Origin: Anaeramoeba ignava BMAN
Taxonomy: Eukaryota > Protista > Anaeramoebae
Length of the DNA: 64,000 bases
Direction: 5' to 3'
Assembly (NCBI GenBank): GCA_028826165.1
Contig: JAPDFW010000109.1
Location: forward strand, 124,001 to 188,000
The position numbers and the translations under genes are program-made. Shown here piece by piece: positions 37,986 through 51,329 of the stretch. How positions within the stretch are numbered: position 1 is the first letter of the stretch; every line of letters starts with the position of its first letter. Below the pieces are notes generated by a model that saw only the letters and a list, made by a program, of their open reading frames with translations, was not told the DNA's origin and did not search any database.

Positions 37986-38426
37986 AATTAAAATTAAAAT
38001 TAAAATTAAAATTAAAATTAAAATTAAAATTAAAATTAAAATTAGAATAAATATTAAAATCAAAATCAAAATCAAAATTAAAATTAAAATTAAAATTCAT
38101 TTATAAAATTAAAAATCAAAATTAAAATTAAAATTAAAATCGAAATTAAAATTAAAATTAAAATTAAAATTAAAATTAAAATTAAAATTAAAATTAAAAT
38201 TAAAATTAAAATTAAAATTAAAATTAAAATTAAAATTAAAATTAAAATTAAAATTAGAATAAATATTTAAATCAAAATCAAAATCAAAATCAAAATTAAA
38301 ATTAAAATTCATTTATAAAATTAAAATTAAAATTCAAAATTAAAATTAAAATTAAAATTAAAATTAAAATTAAAATTAAAATATTTTTTTCATTTTTTCA
38401 TTTTTTTCATTTTTTTCTTTTCAAAA

Positions 38427-40205
38427 ATGAATGATTGTTTATTTTTTGGTTTAAATCAAGATCCAAAACTTATCAAAAATAAACCAGAAAAAATAACAAA
38501 ACCAATTCAATTTAAATTTGAAAATGAAAATGAAAATGAAAATGAAAATGAAAAACAAATTAAACAAATTTCATCAAGTTATTTTTCAACAATTTTCCTT
38601 TTTAAAAATGGAAAAGCAATAGAATATTTAAATGAAGAAGATTCAAATCAAAATCCTCATAAAATTGAAATTGAAAATATTCAAAAAGTATCTGTTGGTT
38701 TTCAAAATGAAGCTATTTTAACATTAGAAGGAAATGTATTTGCCAAAGGAAAAGATATTAATCCAAATAATTCAAATCAATTTATCAATATTTCATCATT
38801 AATTGAAGATAAAAATGATAGAATAATTCAAGATATTGTTTCTGGTTATCAATCAATTTACTTATTAACTTCAAATCAAAATGTTTATGGAATTGGTTCA
38901 AATGATTATGGTCAACTTGGTTTTGATTCTGAAACACTTAAAAAAACAGAAAAACCAATTTTAATAATGAAAAATGTTTCTAAAATATTTTCAGGAAGTT
39001 CTTCAGATTATGTTTTTCTTTTAAATTCAAATCAAGAATTATTTGGATGCGGAAATAATGATTTAGGTCAACTTGGATTAGGAGAATCAAGAAAAGAAGA
39101 AACCAAAATCAAAGAATTAACCCGAATCCAAAATATTCCAAAAGGCAAAATAATTGATATTCATTGTGGCTTTGGTCATTCAATAATGTTGATTGAAAAT
39201 GAAAATGAAAATCCAAAAAGAAAAATTTATTCATGTGGATATTCTGGATATAATGGGCTTGGCGAAAATCAAGATACTTATAAATTTACTGAAATCAAAC
39301 CATCTTTATTCGAAAATGATGATAATATTCTTGATTTTTCTTGTGGAGATAACCATACTTTGATTTTAACTTCTAATTCAAAAATGATAGGATTTGGAAA
39401 TAATTGGTTTGGCCAATTAGGAACTGGAAATACAAATAATCAATTTATTCCAATTCAAATTGAACTTCCTAAATTAAGATTTAATGAAAATATTTCTAAT
39501 TATCATATTTCTTGTGGATGCTACAAATCATTTCTTTATTATTCTCCTCCTTCTTTTTCCAATCTTGAAGAAGATTTGATAAAACTATTTAGAAGAAAAC
39601 AATTTTGTGATATTTCATTTAAAACAGAAAATGGAGAAATAATTGAAGCTCATAAATTAATATTGAAATATAGATTAAATCAAAATGAAAATCAAATTGA
39701 AAAACTTAAAGAAATTATTTCAAAAAAATCAATTAAAGAATCAAATCAAATATTTGAAATGATTTATTCAAACAATTCCAATATAAATCCAATATTATAT
39801 TCTGAAATTAAAGAAATTATAAATTCAAATGAAAAAATTGAAGAAACAATGAAAAGAATTTATTTAAATGAAAATGAAAATGAAAAAGATTTTATAATTG
39901 AAAGAAAAGAAAAACAATATAAATTTCCTAAATTAATATTAATAATGAGAAGTGAATTATATCGAGGAATGTTTTTATCTGTAACAGAAGATAAATCTAA
40001 TAAAGTTACAGATTATAGTGAATTAAGTAATAAATCATTTCAAATATTTGAATATTGGATTTATTCAAATCAAATTAAAGAAGGAATTCAAATTACAAAA
40101 AAAATAATTGATGAATTAGAAAGAGGAATTGATTATTTTCAATTAAATCAAACAAATCCAAATTTATTTGATTTATTAATTAATAAATTTAATAATCAAA
40201 ATTAA
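38427..40205 (+). CDS. RCC1-repeat + tandem BTB protein, copy 2
   Basis: Intact 592-aa ORF with the same architecture. Confidence 0.9.
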   Translation: MNDCLFFGLNQDPKLIKNKPEKITKPIQFKFENENENENENEKQIKQISSSYFSTIFLFKNGKAIEYLNEEDSNQNPHKIEIENIQKVSVGFQNEAILTLEGNVFAKGKDINPNNSNQFINISSLIEDKNDRIIQDIVSGYQSIYLLTSNQNVYGIGSNDYGQLGFDSETLKKTEKPILIMKNVSKIFSGSSSDYVFLLNSNQELFGCGNNDLGQLGLGESRKEETKIKELTRIQNIPKGKIIDIHCGFGHSIMLIENENENPKRKIYSCGYSGYNGLGENQDTYKFTEIKPSLFENDDNILDFSCGDNHTLILTSNSKMIGFGNNWFGQLGTGNTNNQFIPIQIELPKLRFNENISNYHISCGCYKSFLYYSPPSFSNLEEDLIKLFRRKQFCDISFKTENGEIIEAHKLILKYRLNQNENQIEKLKEIISKKSIKESNQIFEMIYSNNSNINPILYSEIKEIINSNEKIEETMKRIYLNENENEKDFIIERKEKQYKFPKLILIMRSELYRGMFLSVTEDKSNKVTDYSELSNKSFQIFEYWIYSNQIKEGIQITKKIIDELERGIDYFQLNQTNPNLFDLLINKFNNQN

Positions 40206-40561
40206 TAATTAAAATTAAAATTAAAATTAAAAATTAAAATCAAAATCAAAATTAAAATTAAAATTAAAATTAAAATTAAAATAAAAATAAATTTAAAATT
40301 AAAAATCAAAATCAAAATTAAAATTAAAATTAAAATTAAAATCAAAATTAAAATTTAAAATTAAAATCAAAATTAAAATTAAAATTAAAATTAAAATTAA
40401 AATTAAAATTAAAATCAAAATTAAAATTAAAATCAAATTTAAAATTAAAATCAAAATTGAAATTAAAATTAAAATCAAAATTAAAATTAAAATTAAAATT
40501 AAAATTAAAATTAAAATCCAAAAAATCATTTTTCATTTTTTCATTTTTTTTCTTTTCAAAA

Positions 40562-42354
40562 ATGAATGATTGTTTATTTTTTGGTTTAAATCAAGATCCA
40601 AAACTTATCAAAAATGAATCAATTAAAATAACAAAACCAATTCAATTTAAATTTGAAAATGAAAATGAAAATGAAAATGAAAATGAAAATGAAAATGAAA
40701 AACAAATTAAACAAATTTCATCAAGTAATTTTTCAACAATTTTCCTTTTTGAAAATGGAAAAGCAATAGAATATTTAAATAAAAAAGATTCAAATCAAAA
40801 TCCTGAAAAAATCCAAATTGAAATTGAAAATATTCAAAAAGTAACTGTTGGTTTTCAAAATGAAGCTATTTTAACAATAGAAGGAAAAGTATTTGCAAAA
40901 GGAAAAGATATTAATCCAAATAATTCAAATGAATTTATCAATATTTCATCATTAATTGAAGATAAAAATGATAGAATAATTCAAGATGTTGTTTCTGGAT
41001 ACCAATCAATTTATTTATTAACTTCAAATCAAAATGCTTATGGAATTGGCTCAAATTTTTTTGGTCAACTTGGTTTTGATTCTGAAAGACTTAAAAAAAC
41101 AGAAAAACCAATTTTAATGATGAAAAATGTTTCTAAAATATTTTCAGGAGATTCTTCATATTCTGTTTTTCTTTTAAATTCAAATCAAGAATTATTTGGA
41201 TGCGGAAATAATTATTCTGGTCAACTTGGATTAGGAGAATCAGGAGAAGAAACAAAAATCAAAGAATTAACCAAAATACAAAATATTCCAAAAGGCAAAA
41301 TAATTGATATTCAATGTGGCAATGCTCATTCAATAATGTTGATTGAAAATGAAAATCAAAATCAAAATGAAAAAGAAAACTTTATTCATGTGGATATTAT
41401 GAATATAATGGACTTGGCAAAAATGAAAATACTTATGAATTTACTGAAATCAAATCATCTTTATTTGAAAATGATAATATTCTTGATTTTTCTTGTGGAG
41501 ATAGCCATACTTTGATTTTAACTTCCAATTCAAAAATGATAGGATTTGGACATAATTGGTTTGGTCAATTAGGAACTGGAAATACAAATAATCAATTAAT
41601 TCCAATTCAAATTGAACTTCCTAAATTAAGATTTAATGAAAATATTTCTAATTATCATATTTCTTGTGGAAATGACAGATCATTTCTTTATTATTCTCCT
41701 TCTTTTTCCAATCTTGAAGAAGATTTGATAAAATTATTTGAAAGAAAAGAATTTTGTGATATTTCATTTAAAACCGAAAATGGAGAAATAATTGAAGCTC
41801 ATAAATTAATATTGAAATATAGATTAAATCAAAATCAAAATCAAAATGGAATTGAAAAACTTCAAGAAATTATTTCAAAAAAATCAATTAAAGAATCAAA
41901 TCAAATATTTGAAATGATTTATTCAAACAATTCTAAAATAAATCCAAAATTATATTCTGAAATTAAAGAAATTATAAATTCAAATGAAAAAATTGAAGAA
42001 ACAATGAAAAGAATTTATTTAAATGAAAATGAAAATGATTTTATAATTGAAAGAAAAGAAAAACAATATAAATTTCCAAAATTAATATTAATAATGAGAA
42101 GTGAATTATATCGAGGAATGTTTTTATCTGTAACTGAAGATAAATCTAATAAAGTTACAGATTATAGTGAATTAAGTAATAAATCATTTCAAATATTTGA
42201 ATATTGGATTTATTCAAATCAAATTAAAGATGAAATTCAAATTACACAAGAAATAATTGATGAAATTCAAATTGGAATTGATTATTTTCAATTAAATCAA
42301 ACAAATCCAAATTTATTTGATTTATTAATTAATAAATTTAATAATCAAAATTAA
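40562..42354 (+). CDS. RCC1-repeat + tandem BTB protein, copy 3 (one A missing at about 41370-41374)
   Basis: ATG 40562 by paralogy. The two ORFs join if one A is restored in an A run. Confidence 0.85.
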
Positions 42355-42642
42355 AATTAATAATTAAAATTAAAATTAAAATTAAAATCAAAATTAAAAT
42401 TAAAATTTAAATCAAAATCAAAATTAAAATTAAAATTAAAATCAAAATCAAAATTAAAATTAAAATTTAAATTAAAATTAAAATTAAAATTAAAATTAAA
42501 ATTAAAATTAAAATTAAAATTAAAATTAAAATTAAAATTAAAATTAAAATCAAAATTAAAATCAAAATCAAAATTAAAATTAAAATTAAAATTAAAATTA
42601 AAATTCCAAAAAAATTTTTTTTCATTTTTTTTCTTTTCAAAA

Positions 42643-44417
42643 ATGAATGATTGTTTATTTTTTGGTTCAAATCAAGATCCAATTCTTTTGGAAAATGAAT
42701 CAAATATAATAACAAAACCAATTCAATTTAAATTTGAAAATGAAAATGAAAATGAAAATGAAAATGAAAAACAAATTAAACAAATTTCAACAGGTTTCTT
42801 TTCAACAGTTTTCCTTTTTGAAAATGGGAAAGCAATAGAATACTTCAAATATTCAAATCAAAATCCTCATAAAATTGAAATTGAAAATATTCAAAAAGTA
42901 ACTGTTGGTTATGCAAATGAAGCTATTTTAACAAAAGAAGGAAATGTATTTGCCAAAGGAAAAGATATTAATCTAAATAATTCAAATGAATTTATCAATA
43001 TTTCATCATTAATTGAAAATAAAAATGATAGAATAATTGAAGATGTTGTTTCTGGAGCTTTTTCAATTTACTTATTAACTTCAAATCAAAATGCTTATGG
43101 AATTGGTTCAAATGATTTTGGTCAAATTGGTTTTGATTCTGAAACACTTTATGAAACAGAAAAACCAATTTTAATGATGAAAAATGTTTCTAAAATATTT
43201 TCAGGAAATTCTTCAGCTCATGTTTTTCTTTTAAATTCAAATCAAGAATTATTTGGATGCGGAAATAATGATTTAGGTCAACTTGGATTAGGAGAATCAA
43301 GAAAAGAAGAATCAAAAATCCAAAATTAACCAAAATCCAAAATATTCCAAAAGGCAAAATAATTGATATTCAATGTGGATATGGTCATTCAATAATGTTG
43401 ATTGAAGATGAAAATGAAAATGAAAATCCAAAAAGAAAACTTTATTCATGTGGAGATTATCAATATAATGGACTTGGCAAAAATGAAGATACTTATGAAT
43501 TTACTGAAATCAAATCATCTTTATTTGAAAATGATGATGATATTCTTGATATTTCTTGTGGAAATGTTCATACTTTGATTTTAACTTCCAATTCAATATT
43601 AATTGGATTTGGAAATAATTGGTTTGATCAATTAGCAACTGGAGATACAGTTGAACAATCAATTCCAATTCAAATTGAACTTCCTAAATTAAGATTTAAT
43701 GAAAATATTTCTAATTATCATATTTCTTGTGGTGATGATAAATCATTTCTTTATTATTCTCCTCTTCCTTTTTCTAATCTTGAAGAAGATTTGATAAAAT
43801 TATTTAGAAGAAAAGAATTTTGCAACATTTCATTTAAAACAGAAAATGGAGAAATAATTGAAGCTCATAAATTAATATTGAAATATAGATTAAATCAAAA
43901 TGAAAATCAAATTGAAAAACTTCAAGAAATTATTTCAAAAAAATCAATTAAAGAATCAAATCAAATATTTGAAATGATTTATTCAAACAGAATAATAAAT
44001 CCAATATTATATTCTGAAATTAAAGAAATTATAAATTCAAATGAAAAAATTGAAGAAACAATGAAAAGAATTTATTTAAATGAAAATGAAAATGAAAATG
44101 ATTTTATAATTGAAAGAAAAGAAAAACAATATAAATTTCCTAAATTAATATTAATAATGAGAAGTGAATTATATCGAGGAATGTTTTTATCTGTAACTGA
44201 AGATACTTCAAATAAAGTTACAGATTATAGTGAATTAAGTAATAAATCATTTCAAATATTTGAATATTGGATTTATTCAAATCAAATCAAAGATGAAATT
44301 CAAATTACACAAGAAATGATTGATGAAATTCAAATTGGAATTGATTATTTTCAATTAAATCAAACAAATCCAAATTTATTTGATTTATTAATTAATAAAT
44401 TTAATAATCAAAATTAA
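42643..44417 (+). CDS. RCC1-repeat + tandem BTB protein, copy 4 (one A missing at about 43322-43325)
   Basis: CAAAATTA here versus CAAAAATTA in paralogs. Confidence 0.85.
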
Positions 44418-44859
44418 AATCAAAATTAAAATTAAAATTAAAATCAAAATTAAAATTAAAATTAAAATTAAAATTAAAATTAAAATCAAAATTAAAATTA
44501 AAATTAAAATTAAAATTAAAATCAAAATTAAAATTAAAATTAAAATTAAAATTAAAATTAAAATTAAAATTAAAATTAAAATTAAAATTAAAATTAAAAT
44601 TAAAATTAAAATTAAAATTAAAATTAAAATTAAAAATTAAAATTAAAATTAAAATTAAAATTAAAATTAAAATTAAAATCAAAATTAAAAATTAAAATTA
44701 AAATTAAAATTAAAATTAAAATTAAAATTAAAATTAAAATTAAAATTAATAATCAAAATCAGAATTAAAATTAAAAAGAAAAAAAGGAAATTTTGATTGA
44801 TTTTTTGTTTTTGAATTGAAAAAAAGGAAAAGAAAAAAAAGTAAAGAAAAGAAAAGAAG

Positions 44860-45978
44860 TTATTTTTTTTTATGGACAACACTCGGCCCAACTTCGATAT
44901 ATTGATCCTTTGAGATCCAGAGGTTTTCAGAAGTAAAAACTGAATTAAAAAGGGATCCACCAATCCATGAGAAGATTTTTCTGTTTGGGGAAGCATTTAC
45001 AGAAATCCTTAGTTTACCCGAAAATAAAGAATCAAGTTCTTTCTGAAGTCTTTGTTGGAAATTAGGGAAAAAAGTAGTTCCACCTACTAAAACAATATTT
45101 GCAGCAAGATCTTTTCGAACATCAACAGGAGTTTCCATAATTGAATTGTAAATCAATTGGTGAATTCCTTCAAAATCAAGACCCATTAATCTTGGATCAA
45201 ATAAACCTTCACAACACTTGATTCTTTCATCTGAAAAAGTAATGATATCACCATTTTTGAGTTCGAATTCCTTTTCCAATTGTGATTTATTATTTTCTTT
45301 GATTTCTTCTTGATAATTCAAAGAACAATAACAAAATTTTTCTTTGATTTCCCTTGCAATTTCAATTTCAGCTGAAGTTTTGAATGAATATCCTTTTTCT
45401 CCAAGTAAATTGATTAAATAATTGGTTATATCAGTGCCTGAGAAGTTGTATTGATGAATAGCTTGAGGGATTCCAAATCCTTGATAAAAAGGATGAGTAC
45501 TTAAAATTCCATGTCCAATATCAACTATCATTTTTGTATCTCTTCCATGTGAAATTAATATCAAAGGCCCAGGATTTGTGATATGAAATGAACGGAAACC
45601 AAATGTTTCAAACATAATTTGCGCCGTTTTTTCTCGAGATGCGTTTGGATTCATTAACGGCTCAGTTATCAAAATTGAATGATCTTTTGGATCAATTTTT
45701 AATTGGTTCAAAAAAATGTCATTCCAAATTTTTTCGATATTTCCCCAATCTTTGATAATTCCCCTTTCAATCGGATATGTTAAATTGAGTAATTCTCGTT
45801 GTTTTTGTGCTTCGTTTCCAATATATTCAGTTTCTTTTAATTCAGTTGTTTGTGTTGGATTTATTAAAGTTCCAATAATTGTTGATGAAAAGATTTTCGG
45901 TTTTACTTCTTGTTCAAATCCTGCTTTGATTTCAAATGTTCCGTTATCAAGAACAATTGCTTGAGTGATATTTTCCAT
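44860..45978 (-). CDS. Divergent intronless actin-like protein (372 aa)
   Basis: AIVLDNGT..IKAGF, YPIERGII.DW, ILITEPLMNPNASREKTAQIMFETF, EIAREIKEKFCY, DVRKDLAANIVLVGGTTFFP, WIGGS, WISKDQY.EVGPSVVH. Many conserved actin residues are substituted. Confidence 0.92.
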   Translation of the reverse strand: MENITQAIVLDNGTFEIKAGFEQEVKPKIFSSTIIGTLINPTQTTELKETEYIGNEAQKQRELLNLTYPIERGIIKDWGNIEKIWNDIFLNQLKIDPKDHSILITEPLMNPNASREKTAQIMFETFGFRSFHITNPGPLILISHGRDTKMIVDIGHGILSTHPFYQGFGIPQAIHQYNFSGTDITNYLINLLGEKGYSFKTSAEIEIAREIKEKFCYCSLNYQEEIKENNKSQLEKEFELKNGDIITFSDERIKCCEGLFDPRLMGLDFEGIHQLIYNSIMETPVDVRKDLAANIVLVGGTTFFPNFQQRLQKELDSLFSGKLRISVNASPNRKIFSWIGGSLFNSVFTSENLWISKDQYIEVGPSVVHKKK

Positions 45979-46711
45979 GTAAAAAAAATGAAAAAAATGA
46001 AAAAAAATTTGTTTCTTTTTTTTTTGTTTCTTTTTAATTTTAATTTTAATTTTTTATCCGATTTTAATTTTAATTTTTGATTTGAATTTTAATTTTTAAT
46101 TTTAATTTTAATTTTGATTTTAATTTTAATTTTGATTTTAATTTTAATTTTGATTTTGATTTTAAATTTAATTTTGATTTTAATTTTAATTATAATTTTA
46201 ATTTTAATTTTAATTTTAATTTTAATTTTAATTTTAATTTTAATTTTAATTTTGATTTTAATTTTAATTTTAATTTTAATTTTAATTTTAATTTTGATTT
46301 TAATTTTAATTTTAATTTTAATTTTAATTTTAATTTTAATTTTAATTTTAATTTTAATTTTAATTTTTAATTTTAATTTTAATTTTAATTTTAATTTTAA
46401 TTTTAATTTTAATTTTAATTTTAATTTTAATTTTAATTTTGATTTTGATTTTAATTTTAATTTTGATTTTAATTTTGATTTTAATTTTAATTTTAATTTT
46501 AAATTTAATTTTGATTTTAATTTTAATTATAATTTTAATTTTAATTTTAATTTTAATTTTAATTTTAATTTTAATTCTGATTTTGATTATTAATTTTAAT
46601 TTTAATTTTAATTTTGATATTAATTTGAATTTTAATTTTATAAATGAATTTTAATTTTTAATTTTAATTTTAATTTTAATTTTAATTTTAATTTTGATTT
46701 AAATTTTAATT

Positions 46712-48499
46712 TTAATTTTGATTATTAAATTTGTTAATTAATAAATCGAATAAATTTGGATTTGTTTGATTTAATTGAAAATAATCAATTCCTGTTTCAA
46801 TTTCATTAATTATTTCTTTTGTAATTTGAATTTCATCTTTAATTTGATTTGAATAAATCCAATATTCAAATATTTGAAATGATTTATTACTTAATTCACT
46901 ATAATCTCTAACTTTATTTGATTTATCTTCAGTTACAGATAAAAACATTCCTCGATATAATTCACTTCTCATTATTAATATTAATTTTGGAAATTTATAT
47001 TGTTTTTCTTTTCTTTCAATTATAAAATCTTTTTCATTTTCATTTTCATTTAAATAAATTCTTTTAATTGTTTCTTCAATTTTTTCATTTGAATTTATAA
47101 TTTCTTTAATTTCAGAATATAATATTGGATTTATTATTCTGTTTGAATAAATCATTTCAAATATTTGATTTGATTCTTTAATTGATTTTTTTGAAATAAT
47201 TTCTTTAAGTTTTTCAATTTGATTTTGATTTTGATTTTGATTTAATCTATATTTCAATATTAATTTATGAGCTTCAATTATTTCTCCATTTTTGGTTTTA
47301 AATGAAATATCACAAAATTCTTTTCTTCGAGATAGTTTTATCAAATCTTCTTCAAGATTGGAAAAAGAAGGAGAATAATAAAGAAAAGATCTATCATTTC
47401 CACAAGAAATATGATAATTAGAAATATTTTCATTAAATCTTAATTTAGGAAGTTTAATTTGAATTGGAATTAATTGATCTTCTGTATCTCCAGTTGCTAA
47501 TTGATCAGAAAAATTATCTCCAAATCCAATCAATTTTGAATTAGAAGTTAAAATCAAAGTATGAGCATTTCCAACAGAAAAATCAAGAATATTATCATCA
47601 TTTTCAAATAAAGATGATTTGATTTCAGTAAATTCATAAATATTTTCATATCTTCCAAGTCCATTATATTCATAAACTCCACACGAATAAAGTTTTCTTT
47701 TTGGATTTTCATTTTGATTTTCATTTTCAATCAACATTATTGAATGATTAAATCCACATTGAATATCAATTATTTTGCCTTTTGGAATATTTTGTATTTT
47801 GGTTAGTTCTTTGATTTTTGTTTCTTTTCTTGATTCTCCTAATCCAAGTTGACCTGAATAATTATTTCCGCATCCAAATAATTCTTGATTTGAATTTAAA
47901 AGAAAAACATGAGCTGAAGAATCTCCTGAAAATATTTTAGAAACATTTTTCATCATTAAAATTGGTTTTTCTGTTTTTGGAAGTGTTTCAGAATCAAAAC
48001 CAAGTTGACCATGTTCATTTGAACCAAATCCATAAGCATTTTGATTTGAAGTTAATAAGTAAATTGAATTTAATCCAGAAACAATATCTTGAATTATTCT
48101 ATCATTTGTATCTTCAATTAATGATGAAATATTGATAAATTCTTTTGGATTTTTTGGATTAATATATTTTCCTTTGGCAAATACTTTTCCTTCTATTGTT
48201 AAAATAGTTTCATTTTGATCACCAACAGTTACTTTTTGAATATTTTCAATTTGGATTTTTTCAGGATTTTGATTTGAATCATTTTCATTTAAGTATTCTA
48301 TTGCTTTTCCATTTTTAAAAAGGAAAATTGTTGAAAAATAACTTGTTGAAATTTGTTTAATTTGTTTTTCATTTTCATTTTCATTTTCATTTTCATTTTC
48401 ATTTTCAAATTTAAATTGAATTGGTTTTGTTATTTTAATTGATTCATTTTTGATAAGTTTTGGAAATGAATTTGAACCAAAAAATAAACAATCATTCAT
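46712..48499 (-). CDS. RCC1-repeat + tandem BTB protein, copy 5
   Basis: Intact 595-aa ORF. Confidence 0.9.
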   Translation of the reverse strand: MNDCLFFGSNSFPKLIKNESIKITKPIQFKFENENENENENENEKQIKQISTSYFSTIFLFKNGKAIEYLNENDSNQNPEKIQIENIQKVTVGDQNETILTIEGKVFAKGKYINPKNPKEFINISSLIEDTNDRIIQDIVSGLNSIYLLTSNQNAYGFGSNEHGQLGFDSETLPKTEKPILMMKNVSKIFSGDSSAHVFLLNSNQELFGCGNNYSGQLGLGESRKETKIKELTKIQNIPKGKIIDIQCGFNHSIMLIENENQNENPKRKLYSCGVYEYNGLGRYENIYEFTEIKSSLFENDDNILDFSVGNAHTLILTSNSKLIGFGDNFSDQLATGDTEDQLIPIQIKLPKLRFNENISNYHISCGNDRSFLYYSPSFSNLEEDLIKLSRRKEFCDISFKTKNGEIIEAHKLILKYRLNQNQNQNQIEKLKEIISKKSIKESNQIFEMIYSNRIINPILYSEIKEIINSNEKIEETIKRIYLNENENEKDFIIERKEKQYKFPKLILIMRSELYRGMFLSVTEDKSNKVRDYSELSNKSFQIFEYWIYSNQIKDEIQITKEIINEIETGIDYFQLNQTNPNLFDLLINKFNNQN

Positions 48500-48976
48500 T
48501 TTTAAAAAGAAAAAAATGAAAAAATGAAAAATGAAAAAATGAAAAAAAATATTTGGATTTTAATTTTGATTTTGATTTTAATTTTAATTTTAATTTTAAT
48601 TTTAATTTTGATTTTAATTTTGATTTTAATTTTAATTTTAATTTTAATTTTAATTTTAATTTTAATTTTAATTTTAATTTTAATTTTAATTTTAATTTTA
48701 ATTTTAATTTTAATTTTAATTTTAATTTTAATTTTGATTTTAATTTTAATTTTAATTTTAATTTTAATTTTAATTTTAATTTTAATTTTAATTTTAATTT
48801 TAATTTTAATTTTAATTTTTAATTTTAATTTTAATTTTAATTTTAATTTTAATTTTAATTTTAATTTTAATTTTAATTTTAATTTTTAATTTTAATTTTA
48901 ATTTTAATTTTAATTTTAATTTTAATTTTAATTTTAATTTTAATTTTAATTTTAATTTTGATTTTAAATTTTGATT

Positions 48977-50768
48977 TTAATTTTGATTATTAAATTTTTT
49001 AATTAATAAATCAAATAAATTTGGATTTGTTTGATTTAATTGAAAATAATCAATTCCAATTTTAATTTCTTCAATGATTTCTTGTGTAATTTGAATTTCA
49101 TCTTTAATTTGATTTGAATAAATCCAATATTCAAATATTTGAAATGATTTATTACTTAATTCACTATAATCTGTAACTTTATTAGAAGTATCATTTGTAA
49201 CAGATAAAAACATTCCTCGATATAATTCACTTCTCATTATTAATATTAATTTTGGAAATTTATATTTCTTTTCTTTTCTTTCAATTATAAAATCTTTTTC
49301 ATTTTCATTTTCATTTAAATAAATTCTTTTAATTGTTTCTTCAATTTTTTCATTTGGAATTTATAATTTCTTTAATTTCAGAATATAATATTGAATTTAT
49401 AATTCTATTTGAATAAATCATTTCAAATATTTGATTTGATTCTTTAATTGATTTTTTTGAAATAATTTCTTGAAGTTTTTCAATTTCATTTTGATTTTGA
49501 TTTAATCTATATTTCAATATTAATTTATGAGCTTCAATTATTTCTCCATTTTCTGTTTTAAATGAAATATCACAAAATTCTTTTCTTTCAAATAATTTTA
49601 TCAAATCTTCTTCAAGATTGGAAAAAGAAGGAGAATAATAAAGAAATGATTTGTTAGTTCCACAAGAAATATGATAATTAGAAATATTTTCATTAAATCT
49701 TAATTTAGGAAGTTTAATTTGAATTGGAATTAAATGCCATTCTGTATCTCCAGTTCCTAATTGACCAAATTCATTATCTCCAAATCCAATTAATTTTCGT
49801 TTGGAAGTTAAAATCAAAGTATGAGCATTTCCAACAGAAAAATCAAGAATATTATTATCATTTTCAAATAAAGATGATTTGATTTCAGTAAATTCATAAG
49901 TATCTTCTTCATATTTGCCAAGTCCATTATAATCATAATTTCCACATGAATAAAGTTTTCTTTTTGGATTTTCATTTTCATTTTCATTTTCAATCAACAT
50001 TATTGAATAAGCACTTCCACATTGAATATCAATTATTTTGCCTTTTGGAATATTTTGGATTTTGGTTAATTCTTTGATTTTGGTTTCTTCTTTTCTTGAT
50101 TCTCCTAATCCAAGTTGACCATCACCATTAAATCCGCATCCAAATAATTCTTGATTTGAATTTAAAAGAAAAACGTGTTTTGAAGAATTTCCTGAAAATA
50201 TTTTAGAAACATTTTTCATCATTAAAATTGGTTTTTCTGTTTTTTTAAGTCTTTCAGAATCAAAACCAAGTTGACCAAATAAATTGTCACCAAATCCATA
50301 AGCATTTTGATTTGAAGTTAATAAGTAAATTGAATCATCTCCAGAAACAATATCTTGAATTATTCTATCATTTTTATCTTCAATTAATGATGAAATATTG
50401 ATAAATTTTTTTGGATTATTTGGATTAATATCTTTTCCTTTGGCAAATACATTTCCTTCTATTGTTAAAATAGCTTCATTTTGAACACCAACAGTTACTT
50501 TTTGAATATTTTCTTCAATTTGGATTTTTTCAATATTTTGATTTGAATCATTTTCATTTAAATATTCTATTGCTTTTCCATTTTTAAAAAGGAAAATTGT
50601 TGAATAATTTCCTGTTGAAATTTGTTTAATTTGTTTTTCATTTTCATTTTCATTTTCATTTTCATTTTCATTTTCAAATTTAAATTGAATTGGTTTTGTT
50701 ATTTCGTATGATTTATTTTTGATAAGTTTTGGATATTGATTTAAACCAAAAAATATAATTTCATTCAT
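48977..50768 (-). CDS. RCC1-repeat + tandem BTB protein, copy 6 (one extra base at about 49353-49357)
   Basis: TCCAAATGAA here is a hybrid of paralog variants TCCAATGAA and TCAAATGAA. Confidence 0.85.
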
Positions 50769-51329
50769 TTTTGAAAAGAAAAAAAATGAAAAAATGAAAA
50801 ATGAATTTTAATTTTAATTTTGATTTTAATTTTAATTTTAATTTTAATTTTGATTTTAATTTTAATTTTAATTTTAATTTTGATTTTAATTTTAATTTTA
50901 ATTTTAATTTTAATTTTAATTTTAATTTTGATTTTGATTTTAATTTTGATTTTGATTTTAATTTTAATTTTAATTTTAATTTTAATTTTAATTTTGATTT
51001 TAATTTTAATTTTAATTTTAATTTTGATTTTAATTTTGATTTTAATTTTAATTTTGATTTTAATTTTAATTTTAATTTTAATTTTAATTTTAATTTTAAT
51101 TTTAATTTTAATTTTAATTTTAATTTTAATTTTAATTTTAATTTTAATTTTAATTTTAATTTTAATTTTAATTTTAATTTTAATTTTAATTTTAATTTTA
51201 ATTTTAATTTTAATTTTAATTTTAATTTTAATTTTAATTTTAATTTTAATTTTAATTTTAATTTTAATTTTAATTTTAATTTTAATTTTAATTTTAATTT
51301 TGATTTTAATTTTAATTTTAATTTTAATT

